Source of the DNA: Nitrospirota bacterium
GTDB taxonomy: Bacteria; Nitrospirota; Thermodesulfovibrionia; SZUA-242
Direction: 5' to 3'
Length of the DNA: 53,174 bases
NCBI GenBank assembly: GCA_003235715.1
Contig: QJVM01000236.1
Location: 1 to 53,174 of the forward strand
Made by a program: the position numbers and the translations under genes. The notes below the pieces were generated by a model. The model saw only the letters and a program-made list of their open reading frames with translations, made no database searches and was not told the origin of the DNA. Shown here in pieces: positions 31,479 through 42,071 of this stretch; position 1 is the first letter of the stretch, and every line of letters begins with the position of its first letter.

Positions 31479-31751
31479 ATGGCGGTTACGATTCGGATTC
31501 CGACCCCTCTTCAGAGGGTGACTCAGGGCAAGGAAGTCGTCGAGGGAACTCCCGGGACGGTCATCAACCTGGTGAACGAGCTCGACAAGGCTTACCCTGG
31601 GCTGGCAGAACGCATTTCGGAGAACGGAAAGATCAGGCGTTTCGTAAATATATACGTCAATGAGGAAGACATACGGTTCCTTGACGCGGAGAATACCGGG
31701 GTCAAGGACGGAGACGAGGTTTCGATTGTACCGGCCATTGCGGGAGGGTAA
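31479..31751 (+). CDS. MoaD/ThiS/CysO-like ubiquitin-fold sulfur carrier
   Basis: IRIPTPL, FVNIYVNEEDIRFL, ends in PAIAGG; strong RBS. Confidence 0.93.
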   Translation: MAVTIRIPTPLQRVTQGKEVVEGTPGTVINLVNELDKAYPGLAERISENGKIRRFVNIYVNEEDIRFLDAENTGVKDGDEVSIVPAIAGG

Positions 31752-31891
31752 TCCCTCCGGGGGCTAGCCGTCTCCACCGGGGTGGGGAAGACGGTCCGTC
31801 GGTCCGGGTTGGACGCAGTACGGTCTTGGCCGCCGCGGGGCAATCGTACAGCCGGGCCTATCCCAAAATCTATGCGGGCAGGAGGTCTTCA

Positions 31892-32128
31892 ATGAAACGG
31901 AGGGTTAAATTGACCTTTCCCCAGGTTCTGATCAAGGAGCCGGTCATCTTCACCATGGCCAAGAAACACAACGTCATGCCCAATATTCGTCGGGCGCGCG
32001 TGACCGAAAGCGTGGGGGAAATGATTCTGGAGATCGAAGGTGACGAGGCCGACGTTTCGGCGGCCATCAGTGACCTGAGGAGCCAGGGGATCGACGTGGA
32101 ACTGGTGGAGGGTGACGTTCTGGAATAG
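31892..32128 (+). CDS. Stand-alone NIL domain protein
   Basis: LTFP...EPVI......NIRRA.V....GEMILE..G; GGAGG RBS before ATG 31892. Confidence 0.82.
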   Translation: MKRRVKLTFPQVLIKEPVIFTMAKKHNVMPNIRRARVTESVGEMILEIEGDEADVSAAISDLRSQGIDVELVEGDVLE

Positions 32129-32224
32129 CCGCGTTCCCGGGAACGTCTTGTTCCCGCCGCAGGTCTGCGCCTTGTCGGTACCGGCGGTTCCGGCCGGATA
32201 CCTTGACGTGTCAGGTGTGAATTC

Positions 32225-33439
32225 ATGAAATTTGCCATATTGCTTGGAGACGGGATGGCCGACCGGCCACTGGCGCAGTTGGGGGGGAAGACCTGCCTCC
32301 AGACGGCACACACGCCGGTTATGGACCGGCTCGCGTCCTGCTCGAGGGTGGGCCGTGTCAGGACGGTTCCCGTGGGGATGCCGGCAGGGTCGGACGTGGC
32401 CAATCTATCCATATTCGGATACGACCCGAAAATCTGTTACACCGGCCGGGCACCCCTTGAGGCCGCAAGCATGGGCGTTCATCTGGAGCCCGAGGATGTG
32501 GCCTTTCGCTGCAATCTTGTAAGCGTATCAGGGCCGCTGACAGAAGCGGATTCCCGGATGCTCGATTACAGCGGAGGGCATATCACGACGGACGAGGCCC
32601 GACCCGTGATCGAGACCGTAAACAAGGCGTTGGGTACAGAACTTCTCCGGTTCCACCCCGGGGTCAGTTACCGTCATCTTATGGTCTGGAAGAAGGGGTC
32701 CGACGGGGTTCAGACCACGCCGCCCCATGATATTCTGGGCCAGAAGCTCCATGCCCATCTTCCGCGCGGGTCAGGCGAGGACACGCTCGTCAGGCTGATG
32801 AATGATTCGCAGGACATTCTTATGTCCCATCCCGTCGTGGAGGCTCGTCTTGAGAGGGGTCTCGGGGGGCCCAACAGCATCTGGTTTTGGGGCCAGGGGC
32901 GACGTCCTGAAATGCCCGGCTTTCTCCAAAAATACGGAAAGAGTGGCGCGATTATTTCTGCCGTGGACCTTACCAAAGGCATTGGCGTGTTCGCCGGATT
33001 CGAGGTGATTAACGTCCCCGGGGCCACGGGATATCTGGACACGAACTATGCCGGGAAGGCTTCGGCCGCCCTTGAGGCGCTCGACCGTCACGACCTGGTC
33101 TATGTTCACGTGGAGGCCCCGGATGAGGCCGGCCACAACGGAAAGGTGGAGGACAAGATCCGGGCCATTGAGGATTTCGACGCCAAGATCGTGGGCCCTA
33201 TTGTCGAGGGAATGTCCGTCTTCGGGGATTATCGGGTGCTGGTTCTGCCCGACCATCCAACACCCCTTGAGATCCGCACCCACAGCGCTGAGCCGGTTCC
33301 CTTTATCCTGCACCAGAGGGGAGATGACCGTAGCGTGAGGCGGGGCTTCGACGAAACGATTACCGGGCAACCCGAACTTGATTTCGAGGAAGGCCACCGG
33401 CTGATGGGGTTCTTCCTTGGTGTGGAGCAGGCTCCCTGA
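32225..33439 (+). CDS. apgM: ApgM-type cofactor-independent phosphoglycerate mutase family (proposed homoserine kinase subfamily)
   Basis: GDGMAD, GSDVAN, GRAPLEA, VEAPDEAGH, PDHPTP...TH; flanked by thrC-like and ask genes. Confidence 0.88.
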   Translation: MKFAILLGDGMADRPLAQLGGKTCLQTAHTPVMDRLASCSRVGRVRTVPVGMPAGSDVANLSIFGYDPKICYTGRAPLEAASMGVHLEPEDVAFRCNLVSVSGPLTEADSRMLDYSGGHITTDEARPVIETVNKALGTELLRFHPGVSYRHLMVWKKGSDGVQTTPPHDILGQKLHAHLPRGSGEDTLVRLMNDSQDILMSHPVVEARLERGLGGPNSIWFWGQGRRPEMPGFLQKYGKSGAIISAVDLTKGIGVFAGFEVINVPGATGYLDTNYAGKASAALEALDRHDLVYVHVEAPDEAGHNGKVEDKIRAIEDFDAKIVGPIVEGMSVFGDYRVLVLPDHPTPLEIRTHSAEPVPFILHQRGDDRSVRRGFDETITGQPELDFEEGHRLMGFFLGVEQAP

Positions 33440-33520
33440 ATTAGAATAAGGACGGTCCGGTTCGTCACAGGAAAGACCGATCAGCCCGGAACAGACAGGC
33501 AAAGGAGCGGGAGGAAACAG

Positions 33521-34795
33521 GTGCTTATCGTCCAGAAGTATGGAGGCACATCGGTAGGCAATATCGACCGGATCAAGAATGTGGCCCGGCGTGCGGTCCG
33601 GTCCCGAAAGCAGGGCAACCGGGTGGTCGTGGTGGTCTCGGCCATGTCCGGCGAAACAGACAAGCTGATCGGTTTGGCCAAGCAGGTCTCCGATTCCCCG
33701 GAGGAGCGGGAAATGGACATGCTCATGTCCAGCGGGGAACGGATAAGCAGCGCCCTTACGGCCTTGGCCATTGAGGCCCTTGGCGTAAAATCCATGAGCC
33801 TGACAGGCCGCCAGGCGGGTATCTCGACGGATGCTGCCCATACGAAGGCTCGAATCACGGGCATAGCCGGCGACCGCATACTCGAGGCACTGAACCAGGG
33901 CTATATCCCGGTCATTGCCGGATTTCAGGGCATGGGGCCCGGAAGCGATGTAACCACCCTCGGTCGCGGAGGGTCCGACACTTCGGCCGTGGCCATCGCG
34001 GCGGCCATCCGTGCGGATCTTTGCGAAATCTACACGGATGTGGACGGGGTCTACACCACGGATCCCAACATGGTGCCAAAGGCCAGGAAACTGGACCGAA
34101 TTTCCTACGATGAAATGCTCGAAATGGCCAGTCTCGGAGCCAAGGTTCTTCAGACGCGGTCTGTGGAGTTTGCCAAGAACTACAACGTTCCCGTGCTGGT
34201 GCTTTCGAGTTTCAACGACAACCCCGGCACGCTGGTGACCAAGGAGGACGAACAGATGGAAAAGGTGGTCGTGGCCGGCATCGCCTACGACAAGAATCAG
34301 AGCAAGATCACGGTCGTCAATGTTCCGGACAGGCCCGGCATTGCAGCGGAAATGTTCCGCGGGCTCGCCAAGGCCAACATCAACGTGGACATGATCGTGC
34401 AGAACATTTCGAGCGACGGCAGGTTTGCCGACATTTCCTTCACCGTCCCGAAGACCGATTCGGACAAGGCCACGCGGACCACCGAGAAGATTGCGGGCAA
34501 ACTCGGGGCGAAGGGAGTGGATCGGCGGGACGATATCGCCAAGGTGTCCATCGTGGGGGTGGGCATGCGCTCCCATTCGGGCGTGGCGTCCAAGATGTTT
34601 GACACTCTGGCCGCCCACGGTATCAACATCCTCATGATCAGCACCTCTGAGATCAAGGTGTCATGCGTGATCGAAAACATGTATACGGAACTGGCCGTAC
34701 GGGTGCTTCACGATGCCTTTGAACTCGAGAAGCCGATGGGGCAAGAGGCTCCTCCGGCCAAGTCGAAAACACGGTCAGGCCGGAAGAAGGCCTGA
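33521..34795 (+). CDS. lysC: Aspartate kinase
   Basis: [24 protein letters not shown], two ACT domains, STSEIK. Confidence 0.96.
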   Translation: MLIVQKYGGTSVGNIDRIKNVARRAVRSRKQGNRVVVVVSAMSGETDKLIGLAKQVSDSPEEREMDMLMSSGERISSALTALAIEALGVKSMSLTGRQAGISTDAAHTKARITGIAGDRILEALNQGYIPVIAGFQGMGPGSDVTTLGRGGSDTSAVAIAAAIRADLCEIYTDVDGVYTTDPNMVPKARKLDRISYDEMLEMASLGAKVLQTRSVEFAKNYNVPVLVLSSFNDNPGTLVTKEDEQMEKVVVAGIAYDKNQSKITVVNVPDRPGIAAEMFRGLAKANINVDMIVQNISSDGRFADISFTVPKTDSDKATRTTEKIAGKLGAKGVDRRDDIAKVSIVGVGMRSHSGVASKMFDTLAAHGINILMISTSEIKVSCVIENMYTELAVRVLHDAFELEKPMGQEAPPAKSKTRSGRKKA

Positions 34796-34835
34796 ACGGG
34801 ACTCAAGAGACAACACGCAGGAGAGACTGACGGGA

Positions 34836-36422
34836 ATGAAGAGGCTCATTGAAATATACGATACGACGCTCCGGGACGGTTCGCAGGCCGAAGGGGTTTC
34901 CTTCTCCGTGGAGGACAAGCTCCGGATCACGGATAAGCTCGACGAACTGGGGGTGCACTTTATTGAAGGGGGTTGGCCCGGGTCGAACCCGAAGGACGTT
35001 GAGTATTTTGAGAAGGCTCGCAAGCTGAATCTCCGGTACGCGAGGGTGGCCGCGTTCGGGAGCACGCATCACCCCAAATACAAGCCCGCGGAGGATCCTA
35101 ACCTCAAGGCGCTGGTGGCGGCCGAGACCCCGGTCATCACCATCTTTGGGAAGACCTGGGACCTGCACGTTCGGGAGGCCCTGGGAATCTCGGGCGGTAA
35201 GAATCTGCAACTCATCAAGAACTCGGTTCGCCACCTGAAGAAACACGCCCAGTTGGTGTTCTTCGACGCGGAGCACTTCTTTGACGGGTACAAGTCTGAC
35301 CCGGACTACGCGGTCAAGTGCCTTGTCAGTGCCCAGGAAGGAGGGGCCGATGGCGTGATCCTCTGCGATACCAACGGCGGAACGCTGACGGGAGAACTCT
35401 CGCGTATCGTGGCCAAGGTCCTCGAGGCGGTGGACGCGCCGGTGGGCATCCACGCGCATAACGATTCCGAAGTGGCGGTGGCCAACTCGCTTGCGGCCGT
35501 GGAACTGGGTGCCGGACAGGTCCAGGGCACCATAAACGGACTGGGTGAGCGATGCGGCAACGCGAACCTTTGTTCCATTATTCCGGCCCTGCGTTTCAAG
35601 CTGGGAATGGATTGTCTTTCGGACGAACAGATGAAGAGGCTCAGGGACGCGTCACGGTTCGTTTCCGAGATTGGCAATCTTCGGCATTGGCGGAGGCTCC
35701 CCTACGTCGGGGACAGTGCCTTTGCCCATAAGGGCGGCATTCACGTGAGCGCCGTTCAGAAGAACCCGCTGACTTATGAACATATTCGTCCGGAACTGGT
35801 GGGAAATTCCCAGAGGGTCCTGGTCTCTGACCTCGCAGGTCGGAGCAACGTTCTGAGAAAGGCCCGGGAGTCCGGAATCAAGCTGACGGAGGATGCGCCG
35901 GAACTCCGGGAGATCATCCAAAGACTCAAAAGCCTCGAGAAACAGGGGTACGAGTTCGAGGGAGCCGAAGCCTCCTTCGAGATTCTGATGAAAAAGGCCC
36001 TGGGTCTGCACCGGACGTTCTTCGAACTCATCGGGTTCCGAGTCATCGTTGAGAAACGTCGCGAAGGGGAAAACCCGATCAGCGAGGCGACCATCATGGT
36101 CCGGGTCAGTAACCACATCGAGCACACGGCCGCCACGGGCAGCGGGCCTGTAAACGCCCTGGACAATGCCCTGCGAAAGGCCCTGGAGAAATTCTACCCG
36201 CAGTTGAAGCAGGTTTCGCTGATCGACTACAAGGTCCGGGTGCTTTCCGCGGCCGAAGGGACCGCCGCGAATGTCCGTGTGCTCGTTGAATCCGGAGACG
36301 GGCACCAAAAATGGGGGACCGTCGGGGTTTCAGAAAACATCATCGAGGCCTCATGGCAGGCCCTCGTGGACAGTATCGATTACAAGCTTCTCAGGGACGA
36401 AGGAGCGGTGGCCTTGGCGTAA
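34836..36422 (+). CDS. cimA: Citramalate synthase
   Basis: [56 protein letters not shown]. Confidence 0.92.
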   Translation: MKRLIEIYDTTLRDGSQAEGVSFSVEDKLRITDKLDELGVHFIEGGWPGSNPKDVEYFEKARKLNLRYARVAAFGSTHHPKYKPAEDPNLKALVAAETPVITIFGKTWDLHVREALGISGGKNLQLIKNSVRHLKKHAQLVFFDAEHFFDGYKSDPDYAVKCLVSAQEGGADGVILCDTNGGTLTGELSRIVAKVLEAVDAPVGIHAHNDSEVAVANSLAAVELGAGQVQGTINGLGERCGNANLCSIIPALRFKLGMDCLSDEQMKRLRDASRFVSEIGNLRHWRRLPYVGDSAFAHKGGIHVSAVQKNPLTYEHIRPELVGNSQRVLVSDLAGRSNVLRKARESGIKLTEDAPELREIIQRLKSLEKQGYEFEGAEASFEILMKKALGLHRTFFELIGFRVIVEKRREGENPISEATIMVRVSNHIEHTAATGSGPVNALDNALRKALEKFYPQLKQVSLIDYKVRVLSAAEGTAANVRVLVESGDGHQKWGTVGVSENIIEASWQALVDSIDYKLLRDEGAVALA

Positions 36423-36512
36423 GACCATACCAGAGGAGGTGTTCCCTACAGGCCCAGGGTTTCGGCCTCCCGGGAGGACGCCCGAGGGGAAAAGGAGCAG
36501 AGGAAGACAGGG

Positions 36513-36944
36513 ATGGCTTTGGAGGAAGAGGGCATTGTCGTTGAGGTCAGGGACGACCGGGCTGTGGTGGCGGTCACGGGCGGGAGTGCCTGCGACAAGT
36601 GTCCTTCGGCATCGCTCTGTAAGGGCGACGGGGAACAGAAGACGCTCACCGCCGTAAACCCGTTCAATGCAAAGGCCGGAGACAGGGTCCGGGTCGTAAT
36701 GCATTCGCAGATGTACCTGAAGGGCACGATGCTCGTCTACGGCATCCCCATGGTTCTGTTCATTGGGGGAGCCATGCTCGGGAAATTCATGGCCGACCAT
36801 TATTTCCCTGACTGGAACGCGGATTTGACCGCCGCAGGCGTTGGAACCCTTTTGCTTGTGCTTTCGTTCGGGGCGGCGAAAGTCTGGAGCCGGAAGGTGG
36901 AGGGCAATGAAGCCTATCTTCCGGTCATTGAAAAGATTCTCTGA
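36513..36944 (+). CDS. RseC/MucC-family membrane protein
   Basis: EEEGIV, SACDKC....C, A..GD.V, VYGIP, two C-terminal TM segments. Confidence 0.82.
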   Translation: MALEEEGIVVEVRDDRAVVAVTGGSACDKCPSASLCKGDGEQKTLTAVNPFNAKAGDRVRVVMHSQMYLKGTMLVYGIPMVLFIGGAMLGKFMADHYFPDWNADLTAAGVGTLLLVLSFGAAKVWSRKVEGNEAYLPVIEKIL

Positions 36945-36983
36945 TGTACACCAATTGCAGAACTATTAACCACGGAGGCGTCT

Positions 36984-39083
<2,100 letters not shown>

Positions 39084-39111
39084 GAAGCTTACCCAAGCGG
39101 ACTTCCGGGAG

Positions 39112-39152
39112 GGCGGTGGGTGTTCCTTGCGATGCCCACCGCCTTCTTTTTT
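39112..39152 (+). terminator. Rho-independent terminator after the EF-G paralogue
   Basis: Stem GGCGGTGGGTGT/ATGCCCACCGCC followed by TTCTTTTTT. Confidence 0.85.
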
Positions 39153-39199
39153 CGCAAGGAGAGCATTGAATACGATTCATGGGTAAACGCGGGAAACGC

Positions 39200-40774
39200 A
39201 TGCTCATCGAAGAACTGGCCGTTTGCCTGAAACCGGACCAAAGGGTTGATCTGAAGGAGGAGATATCCCGTTTTCTTCAGATACGGCCCGAACAGGTCAA
39301 GGGTTACCGGGTCCTGAGGCGTTCGGTGGACGCTCGCAGGAAGAACCGGGTCCGGATCCTTTACCGCATAGAAGTCGGTCTGCAGGAGGAGGGGCTGGAG
39401 CAGGGAGCTCATCCGGCCACTGCGATAAAACCCGGCAGGGTGGAAAGCAGGTTCAGGGCAGGCCCTTTGCGCAGGATCGGGGCCCATCCCGTGGTTGTTG
39501 GCACCGGCCCTGCGGGGTTGTTTGCCGCCCTCGCGTTATGTGAGAAGGGCTATCGACCTGTCATCCTTGAGCGGGGCGACGGTATGGCCCTTCGGGTGGA
39601 CGCGGTCGGACGGTTCTGGCAGCACGGACGGCTCGACCCCGAGTCCAATGTTCAGTTTGGCGAAGGAGGGGCCGGGACGTTCTCCGACGGCAAACTGACC
39701 ACCCGCTCCAAGCATCCGCTCGTAGAGAAGGTTTTCGGGGTCTTTCACCAGTTTGGTGCTGATGAGGAAATCCTTTATGAACAACGGCCCCACCTTGGTA
39801 CCGAGAAGGTTCGGGCCATTGTGTGCCGGATGCGCAACCGGATCATGGACATGGGTGGCGTCTTTCTCTACCGGTCGCGGATGGACCGGCTTTTGTTGAG
39901 GAACGGGAGCGTGGCCGGCATCCAGACGGCGACGGATGAGCGGTATGAGACGGACACGGTATTCCTCGCGACAGGACACAGTGCCCGGGAGACCTATGTG
40001 ATGCTCCATGACGTCGGGGTGGCCCTGGAACCCAAGGCCTTTGCCATGGGGTTCCGGGTCGAGCATGACCAGACCCTCATCGACCGGGCCCAGTACGGCG
40101 CCTTTGCCGGACACCCGGAGCTGGGGGCGGCGGATTACCGGGTGACGTGGCAGGATCGTTCCACCAACCGGGGAGTCTATTCCTTCTGCAACTGTCCAGG
40201 CGGGGTGGTCGTCGCGGCGGCGAGTGAGCCGGGCGGGGTGGTGACCAACGGAATGAGTCGTTATGCCCGGGCGAGTGGCCTTTCCAACGCGGCTATCGTG
40301 GTTACGGTTTCGGCCCGCGACTTCGGTACTCCGGGTCCATTGGGCGGGATTTTCCTTCAGAGGGCGGTTGAGGGCAGGGCCTACGAAATGGCGGGGCGGA
40401 CGTACCGGGCTCCGGCGCAGAGGACGCGGGACTTCCTTGCGGACCGGCCCTCGCCCGGCGAGATTCGGTCAAGCTACAAACCGGGAGTCGTGGCGGCCGA
40501 CATCGCAGGACTGCTTCCCGAGGACCTGACCCGGACGCTCCGGGAGGCCCTTCGGGATTTCGGCAGGAAGATCCGGGGATTCGAGGAGTCTGTTCTCGTG
40601 GCCCCGGAAACTCGAACCTCCTCTCCGGTACGAATCCTGAGAGACCGGGAATCCCTTGAATCGGTTAATGTTCGCGGTTTATTTCCCATCGGGGAGGGTT
40701 CGGGATACACGGGAGGAATTGTCAGTTCGGCCATTGACGGTCTCAAAGCCGCGCTCTCTATGGCTGAAAGGTAA
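39200..40774 (+). CDS. FAD-dependent oxidoreductase (uncharacterised FAD-dependent dehydrogenase family)
   Basis: RRSVDAR, GTGPAG, QFGEGGAGTFSDGKL, FCNCPGG, ETRTSSP, GEGSGYTGGIVS; alternative start 39179. Confidence 0.88.
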   Translation: MLIEELAVCLKPDQRVDLKEEISRFLQIRPEQVKGYRVLRRSVDARRKNRVRILYRIEVGLQEEGLEQGAHPATAIKPGRVESRFRAGPLRRIGAHPVVVGTGPAGLFAALALCEKGYRPVILERGDGMALRVDAVGRFWQHGRLDPESNVQFGEGGAGTFSDGKLTTRSKHPLVEKVFGVFHQFGADEEILYEQRPHLGTEKVRAIVCRMRNRIMDMGGVFLYRSRMDRLLLRNGSVAGIQTATDERYETDTVFLATGHSARETYVMLHDVGVALEPKAFAMGFRVEHDQTLIDRAQYGAFAGHPELGAADYRVTWQDRSTNRGVYSFCNCPGGVVVAAASEPGGVVTNGMSRYARASGLSNAAIVVTVSARDFGTPGPLGGIFLQRAVEGRAYEMAGRTYRAPAQRTRDFLADRPSPGEIRSSYKPGVVAADIAGLLPEDLTRTLREALRDFGRKIRGFEESVLVAPETRTSSPVRILRDRESLESVNVRGLFPIGEGSGYTGGIVSSAIDGLKAALSMAER

Positions 40775-41061
40775 GGCCTGCGCGGGCCGCGGGGAACCAG
40801 GGATCTTTTCAGGCCGGGTTCCCCTGATGGTTCTCCTGGGACAGGCGGGCGGGACATGGGTAAGGGTCGGCTTACCAAGCGCCCGGACGAAACCATCAGA
40901 GCTTCGTCCATTCTGGGGTTTGTCCTATTCCTGTTCCGGGACGGTCTGAAATCAGCTGTATCGCATTTGGCGAGGGGGAGGGTTGCTGATAAGATGAGAA
41001 CACATATTCGGAATATCCGGACGGATGGGTTTTCAAAGGACGGTAACTCCAGGAGGTGCGT

Positions 41062-41469
41062 ATGAAGAGAGTTGTGTTGGCTTTAGTGTTTGTGGTATTC
41101 GGATCTGCCGTGGTTCTGGCCGACGAGCCGAAAGTGACCACCGTCACCGCCAGTGTCGTGGACGGAGTCCAGCGGGTGGAGATCCTGGGGGGGGATTATT
41201 ATTTTGAGCCGAACCATATCATCGTGAAAAAGGACATCCCTGTGGAACTCGTGGTCAAGAAAGCGCCGGGGTGGGTGCCGCACGATATCGTCATGGACGC
41301 TCCCCAGGCGGGAATGGCTTTCAAACTGGAATTTGACAAGGAGGGGGAGGTGGTCAAGTTCACGCCGACGCAGGCCGGGACCTTTCCCTTCTATTGCGAC
41401 AAACGTCTCCTGTTCTTCAAGAGCCACAAGGAACGGGGCATGCACGGTGAGATCGAAGTCGTGGATTGA
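41062..41469 (+). CDS. Exported cupredoxin-domain protein
   Basis: Signal peptide, YYFEP, PHD and FYC...H...GM.G type-1 copper ligand set. Confidence 0.82.
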   Translation: MKRVVLALVFVVFGSAVVLADEPKVTTVTASVVDGVQRVEILGGDYYFEPNHIIVKKDIPVELVVKKAPGWVPHDIVMDAPQAGMAFKLEFDKEGEVVKFTPTQAGTFPFYCDKRLLFFKSHKERGMHGEIEVVD

Positions 41470-41484
41470 GCGCTTGCGGTTCCC

Positions 41485-41910
41485 ATGGACCCCCAGACGA
41501 TTGCCCTGTTGCGGTACGCGCACGGCGCCTTCAACTTGACGGTATTTTTGTGCGTGATGGTTCTGGCCCGTTTCGGCTTCAGGGTGCGGAAGGGCCGGCT
41601 ATCGGGTCAGACGGAACCGGGCGCAACGAGGAACCACCGGCGCATGGGCCCGGTGGTTCTCGGCCTGGTATGGATGGGTTACACGGCGGGTACGATGATT
41701 ATCGTTCTGGACAAGGGAAGGATCTTTGAATTTCCCTATCACGCCCTGGGCGGTTTGCTTCTGGCCATGCTGACGACCAGCACCTTCCTGGTATCGAAAC
41801 GCATGACTCCCACTTCCGTGGATCTCAGAAACATCCATTACCGGCTCGGACGGACCATCCTTGTACTCTTTGCGGCTCAGGTTCTGCTCGGGGTGGGGAT
41901 ACTTCTCTAA
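41485..41910 (+). CDS. Four-TM membrane protein with four His (DUF4079 / cytochrome b561-like)
   Basis: H13, H51, H86 and H118 each sit at the start of a predicted TM helix. Confidence 0.65.
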   Translation: MDPQTIALLRYAHGAFNLTVFLCVMVLARFGFRVRKGRLSGQTEPGATRNHRRMGPVVLGLVWMGYTAGTMIIVLDKGRIFEFPYHALGGLLLAMLTTSTFLVSKRMTPTSVDLRNIHYRLGRTILVLFAAQVLLGVGILL

Positions 41911-42071
41911 TCTTCCTTTTTGTTACCGGTTTCTTCGTCCTCGTCCAGCATGCGGTACTTGGGCCCTTCCATATCCTCGAACTGTCCGCTTCGGGTGGCC
42001 CACAGGAAGAGAAACCAGGCCGCGACGCCTGCACACAGGGAAAGAAATACCAGCAATACGATGGACCACAT
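41907..42071 (-). CDS. ccoS: cbb3 oxidase assembly protein CcoS
   Basis: MWSIVLL...LWATRSGQFEDMEGP; start overlaps the ccoI stop. Confidence 0.85.
   Translation of the reverse strand: MWSIVLLVFLSLCAGVAAWFLFLWATRSGQFEDMEGPKYRMLDEDEETGNKKED

Noticed and set aside
28561-31751. Interpretation as a ubiquitin-like anti-phage or protein-conjugation system (E1 + JAB + Ubl)
   Set aside because: There is no E2, CD-NTase or effector gene; the TusA, PLP enzyme and aspartate-pathway context point to sulfur transfer.
32771-34618. 615-aa minus-strand ORF
   Set aside because: Antisense shadow of apgM and ask.
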